Origin: Sulfurospirillum sp.
GTDB taxonomy: Bacteria > Campylobacterota > Campylobacteria > Campylobacterales > Sulfurospirillaceae
Direction: 5' to 3'
NCBI GenBank assembly: GCA_018058685.1
Contig: JAGOZL010000001.1
Coordinates: 2,152 to 66,151, forward strand
Length of the DNA stretch: 64,000 nucleotides
Shown piece by piece: positions 1-9,981 of the stretch. The position numbers and the translations under genes are program-made. Numbering within the stretch: position 1 is the first letter of the stretch; each line of letters starts with the position of its first letter. The notes below the pieces were generated by a model that was not told where the DNA came from, made no database searches, and worked only from the letters and a program-made list of their open reading frames with translations.

Positions 1-390
<390 letters not shown>

Positions 391-395
391 CGATA

Positions 396-500
396 AGCGT
401 AGCGCTTTACATGTAAAAGAGATATTCTGCCTCGAAAGAGGCAAGCTTCAGTGCCACAGCGGTAAGTGTAGGTTTTTGGGCTTTGCCTAAAAACCGTGGT
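396..500 (+). other. Structured intergenic element between guaB and metX (three hairpins plus one TTTACATGTAAA palindrome)
   Basis: AGCG-TAG-CGCT at 396-406; TGCCTC-GAAA-GAGGCA at 428-443; GGTTTTTGGGC-TTT-GCCTAAAAACC at 471-495, enclosed by GCCAC (453-457) and GTGGT (496-500). Confidence 0.55.
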
Positions 501-520
501 AAAAAGTAATAAGGATAGTT

Positions 521-1630
521 GTGAAAATTCAAACGACCGTTGCCCATTTTGATGAACCGCTTTATTTAGAGAGTGGTCGTATCTTAGAATCGTATGATTT
601 GAAGTATGAAACCTATGGCGAATTAAATGCGGCAAAAGACAATACCATTGTGGTGTTTCACGCTCTTACTGGAAGCCATCATGCAGCAGGTCGATATGAG
701 GGTGATACCAAAGTAGGGTGGTGGGACCCGCTCATTGGGGATGGCAAAATTGTTGATACTACCAAATACTTTGTCATTTGTGTCAATGTTTTGGGGAGTT
801 GTTTTGGCTCAACGTCTCCTATGAGTATCAATCCAAAAACTAAAGAAGCGCCACGCCTTAAATTTCCTGTTTTAACCATCAGCGATATGGTTCGCTCTCA
901 AATGAATCTGTTTAAGCGTTTAGGTATTGAGCAAGCACACGCCATTATTGGTGGGTCCATGGGCGGTATGCAAGCCCTTTGTATGGCAGTTGAGTTTCCT
1001 TCGTTTGTGAAACGCGCTATTTTGCTCGCCACAACTTATGCCACAGGGCCATGGGCGATATCGTTTAATAAGCTTGCGATGGAAGGTATCAAAAACGACC
1101 CCCGTTTTCATGAGGGAAATTATGACCCAAAAGATTTTGAAGAAGAGGGACTACTTAGTTTTGCGATTGGTCGCATGGCAGGGCATATCAGCTTTTTAAG
1201 TCCGCATTCGATGAATAAGAAATTTGGACGAAATTATGTTGAAACAGACGGTTTATACGAACTGTTTGGACGTTTTCAGGTTGAAAAATATATGGAATAC
1301 AACGGACATAGTTTTGCAAAAAGGTTTGATCCTTTGAGTTATCTGTACATCATAAAAGCGATGAATATTTTTGATGCCACACGCAATTATGACTCGTTAG
1401 AAGACTCTTTGAAATTTATCAAAGCCAAACTCACTCTTATCTCGTTTCAAGGAGATTGCCTCTTTATGCCTGAAGAGATGGAAACCATCAAAAACACAAT
1501 GGAAAATATGGGAAGAGGCGATAGAGTTGATTATGCGTGCATCGACAGCCACTACGGGCATGATGCCTTTTTGGTGGAGTATGACAAGTTTGATTTTTAC
1601 ATTAAAAAAGCTTTAGAAGCAAAGGTCTAA
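521..1630 (+). CDS. metX: Homoserine O-acetyltransferase
   Basis: HALTGSHH, GGSMGGMQ nucleophile elbow, GHDAFL; alpha/beta hydrolase of the MetX family. Confidence 0.93.
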   Translation: MKIQTTVAHFDEPLYLESGRILESYDLKYETYGELNAAKDNTIVVFHALTGSHHAAGRYEGDTKVGWWDPLIGDGKIVDTTKYFVICVNVLGSCFGSTSPMSINPKTKEAPRLKFPVLTISDMVRSQMNLFKRLGIEQAHAIIGGSMGGMQALCMAVEFPSFVKRAILLATTYATGPWAISFNKLAMEGIKNDPRFHEGNYDPKDFEEEGLLSFAIGRMAGHISFLSPHSMNKKFGRNYVETDGLYELFGRFQVEKYMEYNGHSFAKRFDPLSYLYIIKAMNIFDATRNYDSLEDSLKFIKAKLTLISFQGDCLFMPEEMETIKNTMENMGRGDRVDYACIDSHYGHDAFLVEYDKFDFYIKKALEAKV

Positions 1631-1633
1631 ACC

Positions 1634-1837
1634 ATGAAAAAAGACGAAGAGAGTTTTGAACAAAAGTTAGAAAATGCCAAAATTATTTTAGAGAATCTCT
1701 CGAATCCTGAACTTTCTTTGAGCGATGGGATGAAAAAATACCAAGAAGGTATTAACATTTTAAAAGAAGCCACAAAGATGATTGAGGAAGCAAAGTTAGA
1801 GTACACCAAACTTCAAATGAGTGAGGATTCTAAATGA
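1634..1837 (+). CDS. xseB: Exodeoxyribonuclease VII small subunit
   Basis: SFEQKLE...LSLSDGMKKYQEG pattern, 67 aa. Confidence 0.88.
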   Translation: MKKDEESFEQKLENAKIILENLSNPELSLSDGMKKYQEGINILKEATKMIEEAKLEYTKLQMSEDSK

Positions 1838-2625
1838 AAATAGCCGCCCTTCAACTCAGCACTTTGCCGATGAGCGAAGCGAAGCTGGATTATTATTTTC
1901 GTATTTGTAAGCAAAATGAGGTCGAAGTAGTGTTGCTCAGCGAATACGCACTCAACAGCTTTTTCAAAGAGCTAGAAACCATGCCCCCTTCAATGATTAA
2001 AGAGCAATCCAACCATAAAATTGAAGCCTTAAAAAAACTGTGTGCGACCTACAATTTACATGTCATCGCTCCGATTGTCAATGTCAAGGGAGAGTTTTGT
2101 TATAAATGCAATGCGCATTTTTCTCCAAAATCGGTTCATTTTTTTGAGCAACAGTTTTTAATTAATTACAAACATTGGAATGAAGAGAAATTTTTTGCTA
2201 ATGCCATTGCTAAATATACGCTTCCAACGTTTATGCATAATGGTTTTCGTTTTGGCATCGTCAGTGGCTATGAATTGCATTTTGATGCTGTATGGACAGA
2301 GGTGATGAAGAAAAATGTGGATATTGTTTTAACTGCGACCTCTTCAACATTTGACTCAACCAAACGTTGGGAAGAGCTTCTTAAAATGCGCGCCATGCTT
2401 AACAATACTTATATTTTACGTGCCAATCGTGTGGGAAGTTTTAAAGAAGAGCAAACATGGCAGTTTTATGGTCAAAGCCTTTTGGTATCGCCTTTTGGCG
2501 ACATTGAACTAAGTCTTGGTGATAAAGAGGAAATTTTAATCGCAACGATTGATAAAGAGCCATTAGCGGAAGCAAGGAAGCTTTGGGGCTGGAAAAAACA
2601 AATTTCAAAGCGAGAGAGCTTATGA
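1834..2625 (+). CDS. Carbon-nitrogen hydrolase (nitrilase-fold) family protein
   Basis: MKIAALQ start, LLSEY, RAMLNNTYILRANRVG, FYGQSLLVSPFG. Confidence 0.85.
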   Translation: MKIAALQLSTLPMSEAKLDYYFRICKQNEVEVVLLSEYALNSFFKELETMPPSMIKEQSNHKIEALKKLCATYNLHVIAPIVNVKGEFCYKCNAHFSPKSVHFFEQQFLINYKHWNEEKFFANAIAKYTLPTFMHNGFRFGIVSGYELHFDAVWTEVMKKNVDIVLTATSSTFDSTKRWEELLKMRAMLNNTYILRANRVGSFKEEQTWQFYGQSLLVSPFGDIELSLGDKEEILIATIDKEPLAEARKLWGWKKQISKRESL

Positions 2626-3290
2626 CGCAGTACTTTCACCGCCAAATTCAGCTCTGGGGTGAAGAGGTACAAGCCTCTTTGCAAAGCAAAAAAATTGTCA
2701 TCATTGGATGTGGAGGGCTGGGCAGTTCTTTAGCGTATGCGCTTGGAAGTTCGGGTATTGGTGAGATTCACTTGGTTGATTTTGATACGGTAAGCGTTCA
2801 TAACATTCACCGTCAAATCGCCTTTAAGCTTGGCGATGAAGGAAAATTTAAAGCGGATGTGGTCAAAGAAAGTATTGAAAGTCGTTGCCCTTTTGTGAAG
2901 GTTCATACACATATTGGGCGTTTGGAAGACTTTACATGTAAAGAAATTGAAGTAGACTTAATTGTCGACGGAACCGACAATTTACCTACACGAGCGATGA
3001 TTGACACCTACGCCAAAAGCGTGAACACACCGTGGATTTATGGCTCTGTAGAAGCCTTTAACGGACAAGTCTGTTTTTTTGAAAAAAGCGGTTTTAGTGC
3101 GTTTAAAGTAACCGATAAAAAGCCTTCGGGTATCGCTGCTCCTATTGTTATGCACATCGCTTCATTGCAGGCCAATTTAGCATTGCGTTATCTTGCAGGT
3201 CTTGGTGTGAAAAAAGATATGCTGTACTATCTCTTCATTAACGAAGAGGGTGAGCTGATAACTCAAAAATTGGCAATGCCAATCATATAA
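2622..3290 (+). CDS. ThiF/MoeB/HesA-family adenylyltransferase
   Basis: YFHRQIQL, IIGCGGLGS, DFDTVSVHNIHRQ, DGTDN; ATG at 2622 overlaps the upstream stop. Confidence 0.85.
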   Translation: MTQYFHRQIQLWGEEVQASLQSKKIVIIGCGGLGSSLAYALGSSGIGEIHLVDFDTVSVHNIHRQIAFKLGDEGKFKADVVKESIESRCPFVKVHTHIGRLEDFTCKEIEVDLIVDGTDNLPTRAMIDTYAKSVNTPWIYGSVEAFNGQVCFFEKSGFSAFKVTDKKPSGIAAPIVMHIASLQANLALRYLAGLGVKKDMLYYLFINEEGELITQKLAMPII

Positions 3291-3309
3291 TTTAACCCTT
3301 TAAAAGGAA

Positions 3310-4446
3310 ATGTCATTGCATTTTGAACCCTATCCGTTTGAAAAATTAAACACACTTTTAAGTGGAATAACACCTAGTCCGAACTATGAGCCTTCCGTTT
3401 TAACCATTGGTGAACCACAGTTTGAAACGCCTGATTTTATCCAAGATGCGTTAAAAACGAATGCGCATACTTTGAACAAATACCCAAAATCAAGCGGCGA
3501 AGCTTACGTCATGCAAGCACAGCGTGATTTTGTCAAACGTCGTTTTGGTGTAGAGCTTAAGAGCGATGAGCTCTTAAGTACCTTTGGAACACGCGAGGTG
3601 TTGTTTAACTTTCCTCAGTTTTTATTGCACGATAAGATTGAGCCTATTATGGCGTATACCAACCCTTTTTATCAGATTTATGAAGGGGCAGCACTTGCGA
3701 GTCGTGCTAAAGTGGTGCATCTGAATCTCACCCAAGAGAACAATTTTAAGCCCGATTTGCATTTAAGTGCGTTGCATACAGCGGATTTGGTGATTTTAAA
3801 TTTTCCTAACAATCCAACGACTTCAACACTCAGCCTTGAGGAGCTTGGTGAATGGGTCAAGCTAGCTCTTAAATATGATTTTGTATTGATGAATGATGAA
3901 TGTTACAGCGAAATTTATACACACACACCTCCCCCTTCGCTTTTGGAAGCCTCTTTACATGTAAACAATGAGCGCTTTAAAAATGTGTTGGTCATCAACT
4001 CTATCTCCAAGCGAAGCTCCGCTCCTGGACTTCGTTCAGGGTTTATCGCAGGGGATGCGACTATTTTAAAACCTTATTCGCAGTATCGTACCTATGTGGG
4101 GGCAGGCATTCCTTTGCCTTTGCAGATAGCTTCGGCGTTAGCATGGAGTGATGATGCCCATGTGGCGTTGGCACGAGAGGAATACAAAGCCAATTTAGCA
4201 TTGGCTGAGCAGATTTTAGGGGTTAAAACAACAGGAGCGACATTTTACGTGTGGTTAGAAGTGGGTAACGCAGAAGCGTTTACCCAAGCCTTGTATGCGC
4301 AAAAAAACATCAAAGTCCTTCCTGGAAAATATTTAGCCAGAGGTGGCATTGCTGATAATTATGTGCGTATTGCGCTCGTTGAAAATCGAGTGAAAACAGA
4401 GAAAATTTTAAAAGAAATTCAAGCATTTAAAGAGGTGTGGGCGTGA
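3310..4446 (+). CDS. dapC: Succinyldiaminopimelate transaminase (class I PLP aminotransferase)
   Basis: EPYPFEKL, NFPNNPT, DECYSEIY, SISKRSSAPGLRSGF. Confidence 0.85.
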   Translation: MSLHFEPYPFEKLNTLLSGITPSPNYEPSVLTIGEPQFETPDFIQDALKTNAHTLNKYPKSSGEAYVMQAQRDFVKRRFGVELKSDELLSTFGTREVLFNFPQFLLHDKIEPIMAYTNPFYQIYEGAALASRAKVVHLNLTQENNFKPDLHLSALHTADLVILNFPNNPTTSTLSLEELGEWVKLALKYDFVLMNDECYSEIYTHTPPPSLLEASLHVNNERFKNVLVINSISKRSSAPGLRSGFIAGDATILKPYSQYRTYVGAGIPLPLQIASALAWSDDAHVALAREEYKANLALAEQILGVKTTGATFYVWLEVGNAEAFTQALYAQKNIKVLPGKYLARGGIADNYVRIALVENRVKTEKILKEIQAFKEVWA

Positions 4447-5753
4447 AGAAAGTACATTTTATAGGTATTGGCGGTATAGGACTTTCAGCATTGGCACGCT
4501 ATTTGAAACAAGAGGGCTACATTATCAGTGGTTCTGATATAAAATCTACAAAAATTACAACAGCCCTTGAAAATGAGGGCATGAGCGTTACCATTCCGCA
4601 TAATGCATCGTGTGTAAATGACCAAGATATGGTGGTTATCTCAGCGGTCATCAAAGAAGATAACGTTGAGGTTATCGAAGCACGTAAAAAAGGCATTCCT
4701 GTTCTCTCGCGTCGAGAGGCGTTGTTGTTTATCTTAAAAGATAGACGTGTTTTTTCGGTATGTGGCGCACATGGGAAAAGTACCACAAGTGCTATGATGG
4801 CTTCCATGGTGGAAGGCTCTGTGATTATCGGAGCGGAAAGCAAGCAGTTTAACACCAATATGTTTTATGCCAAAAGCAACAATGTCATCTTTGAAGCCGA
4901 TGAGAGCGATGAGAGTTTTTTAAATTCGAACCCTTACATCGCGGTTGTAACCAATGCAGAGCCAGAGCATATGGAGTATTATAATTACGATTATGACCGT
5001 TTTTATGGTGCATATCGACACTTTTTGGAAAGTGCAAAAATTCGTGTGATTAACGCTGAGGATGAGTTCTTAAGTACACTTAGCGAACTTGATGCGATTC
5101 GTCTTTATCCAAGTGTTGATATCAAAGAGATTCAAAGCATCATTCGTGACGGCGAACCGTATACATCGTTTGTGCTTAAAGATTTAGGGCGTTTTGAAGT
5201 GTGGGGTATGGGTGAGCATATTGCGCTTGATGCATCTTTGGCGATACTCGCAAGCATTCATGAGATGGGTGTGGATGTAGCTCGTGAAAAGCTCAAAGGC
5301 TACAAGGGCATTAAAAAACGCTTTGATATTTTGCATAAGAGTGATGATTTTATTTTGATTGACGATTATGGTCATCATCCTACTGAGATTAAGGCGACGC
5401 TTAAATCAGCCCTTCATTACGCTAGGATGATGGGACAGCTCCATGTAAGCGCGATTTGGCAACCGCATAAATACTCTCGTACGATAGATAATTTGGAGAG
5501 TTTTGTCGAATGTTTTGCAGGGGTTGATAAGCTTATCATACTCCCTGTGTGGCGTGCGGGTGAAAAAGAGGTGTTTATCGACTTTGAAAAAGAGTTCGCT
5601 CGCTATGCACCTTTGTTGGCAGATAAACTCAAACGTGTGGGAACTTGTGTTGAAGTTATCAAGGATGAACAATGTGTACTTAAGCTTGATAAAGGTTTGG
5701 TGATTGGCTTTGGCGCTGGGGATATTACCTATCAGTTAAGGGGTGTTTTATGA
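4443..5753 (+). CDS. murC: UDP-N-acetylmuramate--L-alanine ligase
   Basis: HFIGIGGIGLSALA, GAHGKSTT, EADESD, DDYGHHPTEI; GTG at 4443 overlaps the dapC stop. Confidence 0.96.
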   Translation: MKKVHFIGIGGIGLSALARYLKQEGYIISGSDIKSTKITTALENEGMSVTIPHNASCVNDQDMVVISAVIKEDNVEVIEARKKGIPVLSRREALLFILKDRRVFSVCGAHGKSTTSAMMASMVEGSVIIGAESKQFNTNMFYAKSNNVIFEADESDESFLNSNPYIAVVTNAEPEHMEYYNYDYDRFYGAYRHFLESAKIRVINAEDEFLSTLSELDAIRLYPSVDIKEIQSIIRDGEPYTSFVLKDLGRFEVWGMGEHIALDASLAILASIHEMGVDVAREKLKGYKGIKKRFDILHKSDDFILIDDYGHHPTEIKATLKSALHYARMMGQLHVSAIWQPHKYSRTIDNLESFVECFAGVDKLIILPVWRAGEKEVFIDFEKEFARYAPLLADKLKRVGTCVEVIKDEQCVLKLDKGLVIGFGAGDITYQLRGVL

Positions 5754-6094
5754 TTCAATTTTTAATTCTCATCACATTTTTAGCCATTTTTGGAACCGTT
5801 TTTTATGCTAAAAGTGAGACACTTTCTAAGAAGTCTAAGATTATTTTATTTGTTAGCGTTGGTATTTTAATAGCTTTTGGGTGGTTGTATGAGCTGAACA
5901 GTTCTCAAAAAAGCCAAAATAACCGTGAAGTTTTGAGTGCGTTTAAACAAGGCAAAATCATTACATGTAACGACATTGACGTGAGCAACAAAGAGTTTAT
6001 TTATGTGAGTGGAACACTCAGTTTTATGCCAAATGACACCAATCAAAACCATAAAGGTTTGGTGATAGATATCGTTACATGTAAATTAAAATAA
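5750..6094 (+). CDS. Small membrane protein of unknown function
   Basis: 114 aa, two N-terminal hydrophobic helices, translationally coupled between murC and mutS2. Confidence 0.75.
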   Translation: MIQFLILITFLAIFGTVFYAKSETLSKKSKIILFVSVGILIAFGWLYELNSSQKSQNNREVLSAFKQGKIITCNDIDVSNKEFIYVSGTLSFMPNDTNQNHKGLVIDIVTCKLK

Positions 6095-8295
6095 TGGAAA
6101 AACTTTTTTCAAAACTGGACTTGGGGGATTATGTCAAAGGGTTTCAAAACTTTTTGGCACGTCCAAAACCTCTTTTCTTAGAAGGCGATGTTCAGGTTCA
6201 TTACCGACTCATTTGCGAATTAGAACGTTACGAGGGTATTAAAGCTCCTCCTCAAGTGGTAGCCCTTGAGACACCTTTAGCCCATCTCTCCAAAATGGGA
6301 ACACTGAGGCTTAGTGAAATTTTTGCCTTTGTTCAAATCGTGAATTATAGTCTTTATTTAAAGTCAATCTTGCGTGAAGATGGCTTAAGAGAGTGGGTGG
6401 AAAAAATCATCATTCCACCTGAAATCAGCGATATTTGTGCCTATTTTGATGAAAAAGGCGAACTCAAATCCAGCGTAGATGAGCAATTTGCTTTTATTGC
6501 TCAGAACCTAAAAAGTGTCAAAGAGGAGATGAACAGCTCTTTGCGGCGTATTATTTCTACGGAGAAAATTGCTCTTTATTTGGTCGATAAACAAATCCAC
6601 TACATCAACAACCAAGAAGCACTTTTAGTACGCGGTGGATTTAACCATGTGCTCAAAGGCTCTGTCATTGGACGAAGTAGTGGTGGATTTTTTTACGTCG
6701 TGCCTGAGTCCTTAGCGAAATTGGTTTCACGCGAGAGTGAACTGATTGATAAAAAAGAAGAGCTGATTTATAAGTATGCTAAAAAAATATCTTCTATCTT
6801 TACCAAACATGTTAAGTTTTTAGGCTACATCAATAAAGAGTTTGACCGTTTTGATGCCTATTATGCCAGGGTGGCGTATGCGAAGTCTAAAGGGATGGCC
6901 TTTGTACTTCCAACAAGGGGCACGCAGATAAAACTCTCCGACTTTGCTCATCCTGCACTCACACATCCCAAACCCATCGCCATTGATTTTTCTAAACAGG
7001 TGTTGATGATAACAGGAGTGAATGCGGGTGGAAAGACGATGTTGTTAAAATCCATCCTAAGTGCCGCCCTTTTGGCAAAGTATTTACTGCCCATGAACAT
7101 TGACCCAACGCGTTCGACTATCGGCTCATTTAAAGAGCTGTTTGCTATTTTGGATGATCCTCAAAATGTTAAAAATGATATCTCGACTTTTGCAGGCAGG
7201 ATGAGCGAATTTAGTAAACTCTTCGCTAAAAAAAATGCTTTAGTAGGTGTCGATGAGATAGAACTAGGAACCGACGCTGATGAAGCGGCAAATCTCTTTA
7301 AAGTAATGATTGAAAGACTCTTAGACAAAGAGATGAAAATCGTCATTACGACACACCATAAACGATTGGCTTCCATGCTTGCTACCCATCCGCAAGTGGA
7401 ACTCTTAGCTGCTATCTATGATGAAAAAAGTGAACGACCGACGTATGGTTTTTTAAAAGGGACGATTGGAAAAAGCTATGCGTTTGAGACGGCACTTCGT
7501 TATGGCATTCCTCAGGGTGTTATCTCAGAAGCGCGGACGTTGTATGGCGAAGATAAAGAAAAGCTCAATGATTTGATTCAAAAAAACATTGATTTAGAAC
7601 TACAAATGCGCCAAACTAATGAAGCGTTGAATGAAAAACTGCATGAAGTAGAAAAACTGAAAGAGTCTTTGAAAGGAGAGAAAGAGCGCGTTGCCGTAGA
7701 GTTTGAAAGTGCTTATTCTAAACTTTCCAAAGAGTTTAATGAAGCGATTGGTGAGGCAAAAAAAGCCATTAAATCAACCGATCCAAAAGAGTCACATCGA
7801 CTGCTTAATACCGCCAATGCACTCAGACGCGAGAGTCAAAAAGTCATTCCACCACCTATCAAAGAGCCTTTACATGTAAACGATACTATCAAATACGGAA
7901 GCTCCAAAGGAGTGATTAAAAGTATTAAAAAAGAAGAAGCGATGATAGAATGCGATGGCATTACGCTTCGTGTACCGCTTTCAAAGCTCAAACGCTCAGG
8001 CAATCCTCCACCGCCCAAGAAAAAATCTGTCGCAATTTTCAAAGAGACACCTAATGGCTCTGTTATTTTAGATTTGCATGGGCTAAGAGCCGATGAAGCG
8101 ATCGAAAAATTGGATAAATTTTTATCTGACGCACTTATTAATGGTTTTGATGAGGTACTCGTGTATCATGGTATTGGCACGGGAAAACTAGCATATGCTG
8201 TACGCACTTTTTTGAGTACCTATCCCTCTTTAGTATCGTACGGAGATGCCCCGATAAACATGGGTGGATTTGGTGCGACGCTTATTAAACTCTAA
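6094..8295 (+). CDS. mutS2: Endonuclease MutS2
   Basis: TGVNAGGKT Walker A, DEIELGTD, coiled coil, C-terminal Smr domain (LDLHGLR...HGIGTG). Confidence 0.95.
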   Translation: MEKLFSKLDLGDYVKGFQNFLARPKPLFLEGDVQVHYRLICELERYEGIKAPPQVVALETPLAHLSKMGTLRLSEIFAFVQIVNYSLYLKSILREDGLREWVEKIIIPPEISDICAYFDEKGELKSSVDEQFAFIAQNLKSVKEEMNSSLRRIISTEKIALYLVDKQIHYINNQEALLVRGGFNHVLKGSVIGRSSGGFFYVVPESLAKLVSRESELIDKKEELIYKYAKKISSIFTKHVKFLGYINKEFDRFDAYYARVAYAKSKGMAFVLPTRGTQIKLSDFAHPALTHPKPIAIDFSKQVLMITGVNAGGKTMLLKSILSAALLAKYLLPMNIDPTRSTIGSFKELFAILDDPQNVKNDISTFAGRMSEFSKLFAKKNALVGVDEIELGTDADEAANLFKVMIERLLDKEMKIVITTHHKRLASMLATHPQVELLAAIYDEKSERPTYGFLKGTIGKSYAFETALRYGIPQGVISEARTLYGEDKEKLNDLIQKNIDLELQMRQTNEALNEKLHEVEKLKESLKGEKERVAVEFESAYSKLSKEFNEAIGEAKKAIKSTDPKESHRLLNTANALRRESQKVIPPPIKEPLHVNDTIKYGSSKGVIKSIKKEEAMIECDGITLRVPLSKLKRSGNPPPPKKKSVAIFKETPNGSVILDLHGLRADEAIEKLDKFLSDALINGFDEVLVYHGIGTGKLAYAVRTFLSTYPSLVSYGDAPINMGGFGATLIKL

Positions 8296-8340
8296 CGCCA
8301 AATAAGTTATAATAAATCCATTGAAGATAAAGGCAAAACA

Positions 8341-9981
8341 GTGAAAGAGAAACGAGACAAAATATCCCCCGCGGTACTATACTCTCCTTTTATGCTGATG
8401 CTTTTATTATTGCTCATTGTCTCTGGTACGAACTTCGCTTATAATATTGTTGAGTTGAATGCCAATATGGAGTTTCAAACTGCACTGATCAAACAACTTT
8501 TAGAACATGGGATGAGTCAAGAACTTGTCGATAAGATGTTGAATGCTCAAAATCAACATCTTATTGAGAATGCGCAAAAAAGAATGTTTTACGGTGTCGG
8601 TGTTGTGGCTTTTTCTATTTTTTTAGCAGCGGTTTTTATTTACGTTATTTTTCGAAACATTATCAAAAAAACACTCTCCTATCAAGATGATTTATTCAGT
8701 GAAAAAGAAAAAGTTGAAACCATGATGGAAGAGTTACAATATGTCAATGAACAACTCTCCTCCCAACTTCACATAGACTCTTTAACACAATTGGGCAATC
8801 GTTTGGCGTTAGAAAAAGCAATTGAGAAGATGAAAGAACCTAAACTTATTTTACTCGATATTGATGGTTTTAAAGATATTAACGAATATTATGGCTCTGG
8901 TGTTGGGGATTATGTTTTACAAGAAGTTGCTTCGTATTTGCGTGGATTTTCACAAAAACATGCTATCGCGCTTTTTAGAACGGGGGCTGATGAATTTGCT
9001 CTTTTAGAAGAGGTCGAACTTGATATTGAACGTTATGAAGATTTAGCTATTGAGTTAGTTGAACTCTTTAAAGGGCGTTTGATTGATGTACCTTCTTTAA
9101 AAGAGCCGATTGAAATGAATATTGCCATCGGTTTTTCTCTTGAGAATGAGGATGTGTTTGAGAAAGCATCTTCGGCACTCAGTGAAGCAAAGAAAAGAGA
9201 AATTGACTATTTGTGTTATTTTAGAAAAATCGAGCAAACCACCCGTTACGCAGAGCAAATCAAATGGTCTGCTTTTGTAAAAGAGGCTTTAGCCAATGAT
9301 GCTGTCATCCCCTACTACCAACCCATCTTTGATAGACATGGGCACATCGTCAAATACGAGTGTTTGGTACGTCTTTTAAATGATAAAGAAGAGGCTATTC
9401 CTCCAGGGCTCTTTTTAAATATCGCTAAAAAAGTCAAACGCTATGCGGATATTGAAAAAGTTCTCATTGATAAAAGTTTTAATGAAATTGCAGGTACTGA
9501 TAAAATCATCTCGTTAAATTTGCTCGCACGTGATATGAGTGATAGCAATATCAGTAATTTTGTAGTTGAGCGTTTACGTCACTATGATATCGCCAAACAG
9601 GTGGTTTTTGAGATATTAGAAGATGAGAGTATTGAAAGCTTAGAGCGTGTTGCAATTTTCATCGACCGTGTAAAGCGGATGGGTTGCAAAATTGCGATTG
9701 ATGATTTTGGAACGGGCTATAGTAATTTTTCATATCTTCTAAAGCTTAAACCAGATTACATCAAAGTGGATGGATCTTTAATCAAGGCTTTGGATAAAGA
9801 TACAAACTCTATGGCAATTGTCAGTGCGATTATCACGTTTGCTAAAAAACTTGGTATCAAAACCATCGCAGAATACGTGCACAACGAACGCGTGTATGAG
9901 CTGTGTTTAGAACTTGGGATTGATGAATTTCAAGGATTTTATCTAGGTGAGCCAAGTGCTCGGTTGAAAGAGAAAGCATGA
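8341..9981 (+). CDS. Membrane-anchored GGDEF-EAL protein (probable c-di-GMP phosphodiesterase)
   Basis: Two TM helices; DSLTQLGNR and GADEF; YQPIF, ECLVR, DDFGTGYSN, IKVDGS, FQGFY. Confidence 0.9.
   Translation: MKEKRDKISPAVLYSPFMLMLLLLLIVSGTNFAYNIVELNANMEFQTALIKQLLEHGMSQELVDKMLNAQNQHLIENAQKRMFYGVGVVAFSIFLAAVFIYVIFRNIIKKTLSYQDDLFSEKEKVETMMEELQYVNEQLSSQLHIDSLTQLGNRLALEKAIEKMKEPKLILLDIDGFKDINEYYGSGVGDYVLQEVASYLRGFSQKHAIALFRTGADEFALLEEVELDIERYEDLAIELVELFKGRLIDVPSLKEPIEMNIAIGFSLENEDVFEKASSALSEAKKREIDYLCYFRKIEQTTRYAEQIKWSAFVKEALANDAVIPYYQPIFDRHGHIVKYECLVRLLNDKEEAIPPGLFLNIAKKVKRYADIEKVLIDKSFNEIAGTDKIISLNLLARDMSDSNISNFVVERLRHYDIAKQVVFEILEDESIESLERVAIFIDRVKRMGCKIAIDDFGTGYSNFSYLLKLKPDYIKVDGSLIKALDKDTNSMAIVSAIITFAKKLGIKTIAEYVHNERVYELCLELGIDEFQGFYLGEPSARLKEKA

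Noticed and set aside
391-520. Canonical SAM-I, SAM-II or T-box riboswitch, or a known self-cleaving ribozyme, upstream of metX
   Set aside because: I could not find the conserved core sequences of these families by eye. It is reported only as an unassigned structured element.
3917-3935. (AC)n and C-run in dapC as a phase-variation tract
   Set aside because: Only about 5 dinucleotide units and a 5-C run, in frame in a housekeeping gene; too short for a contingency locus.
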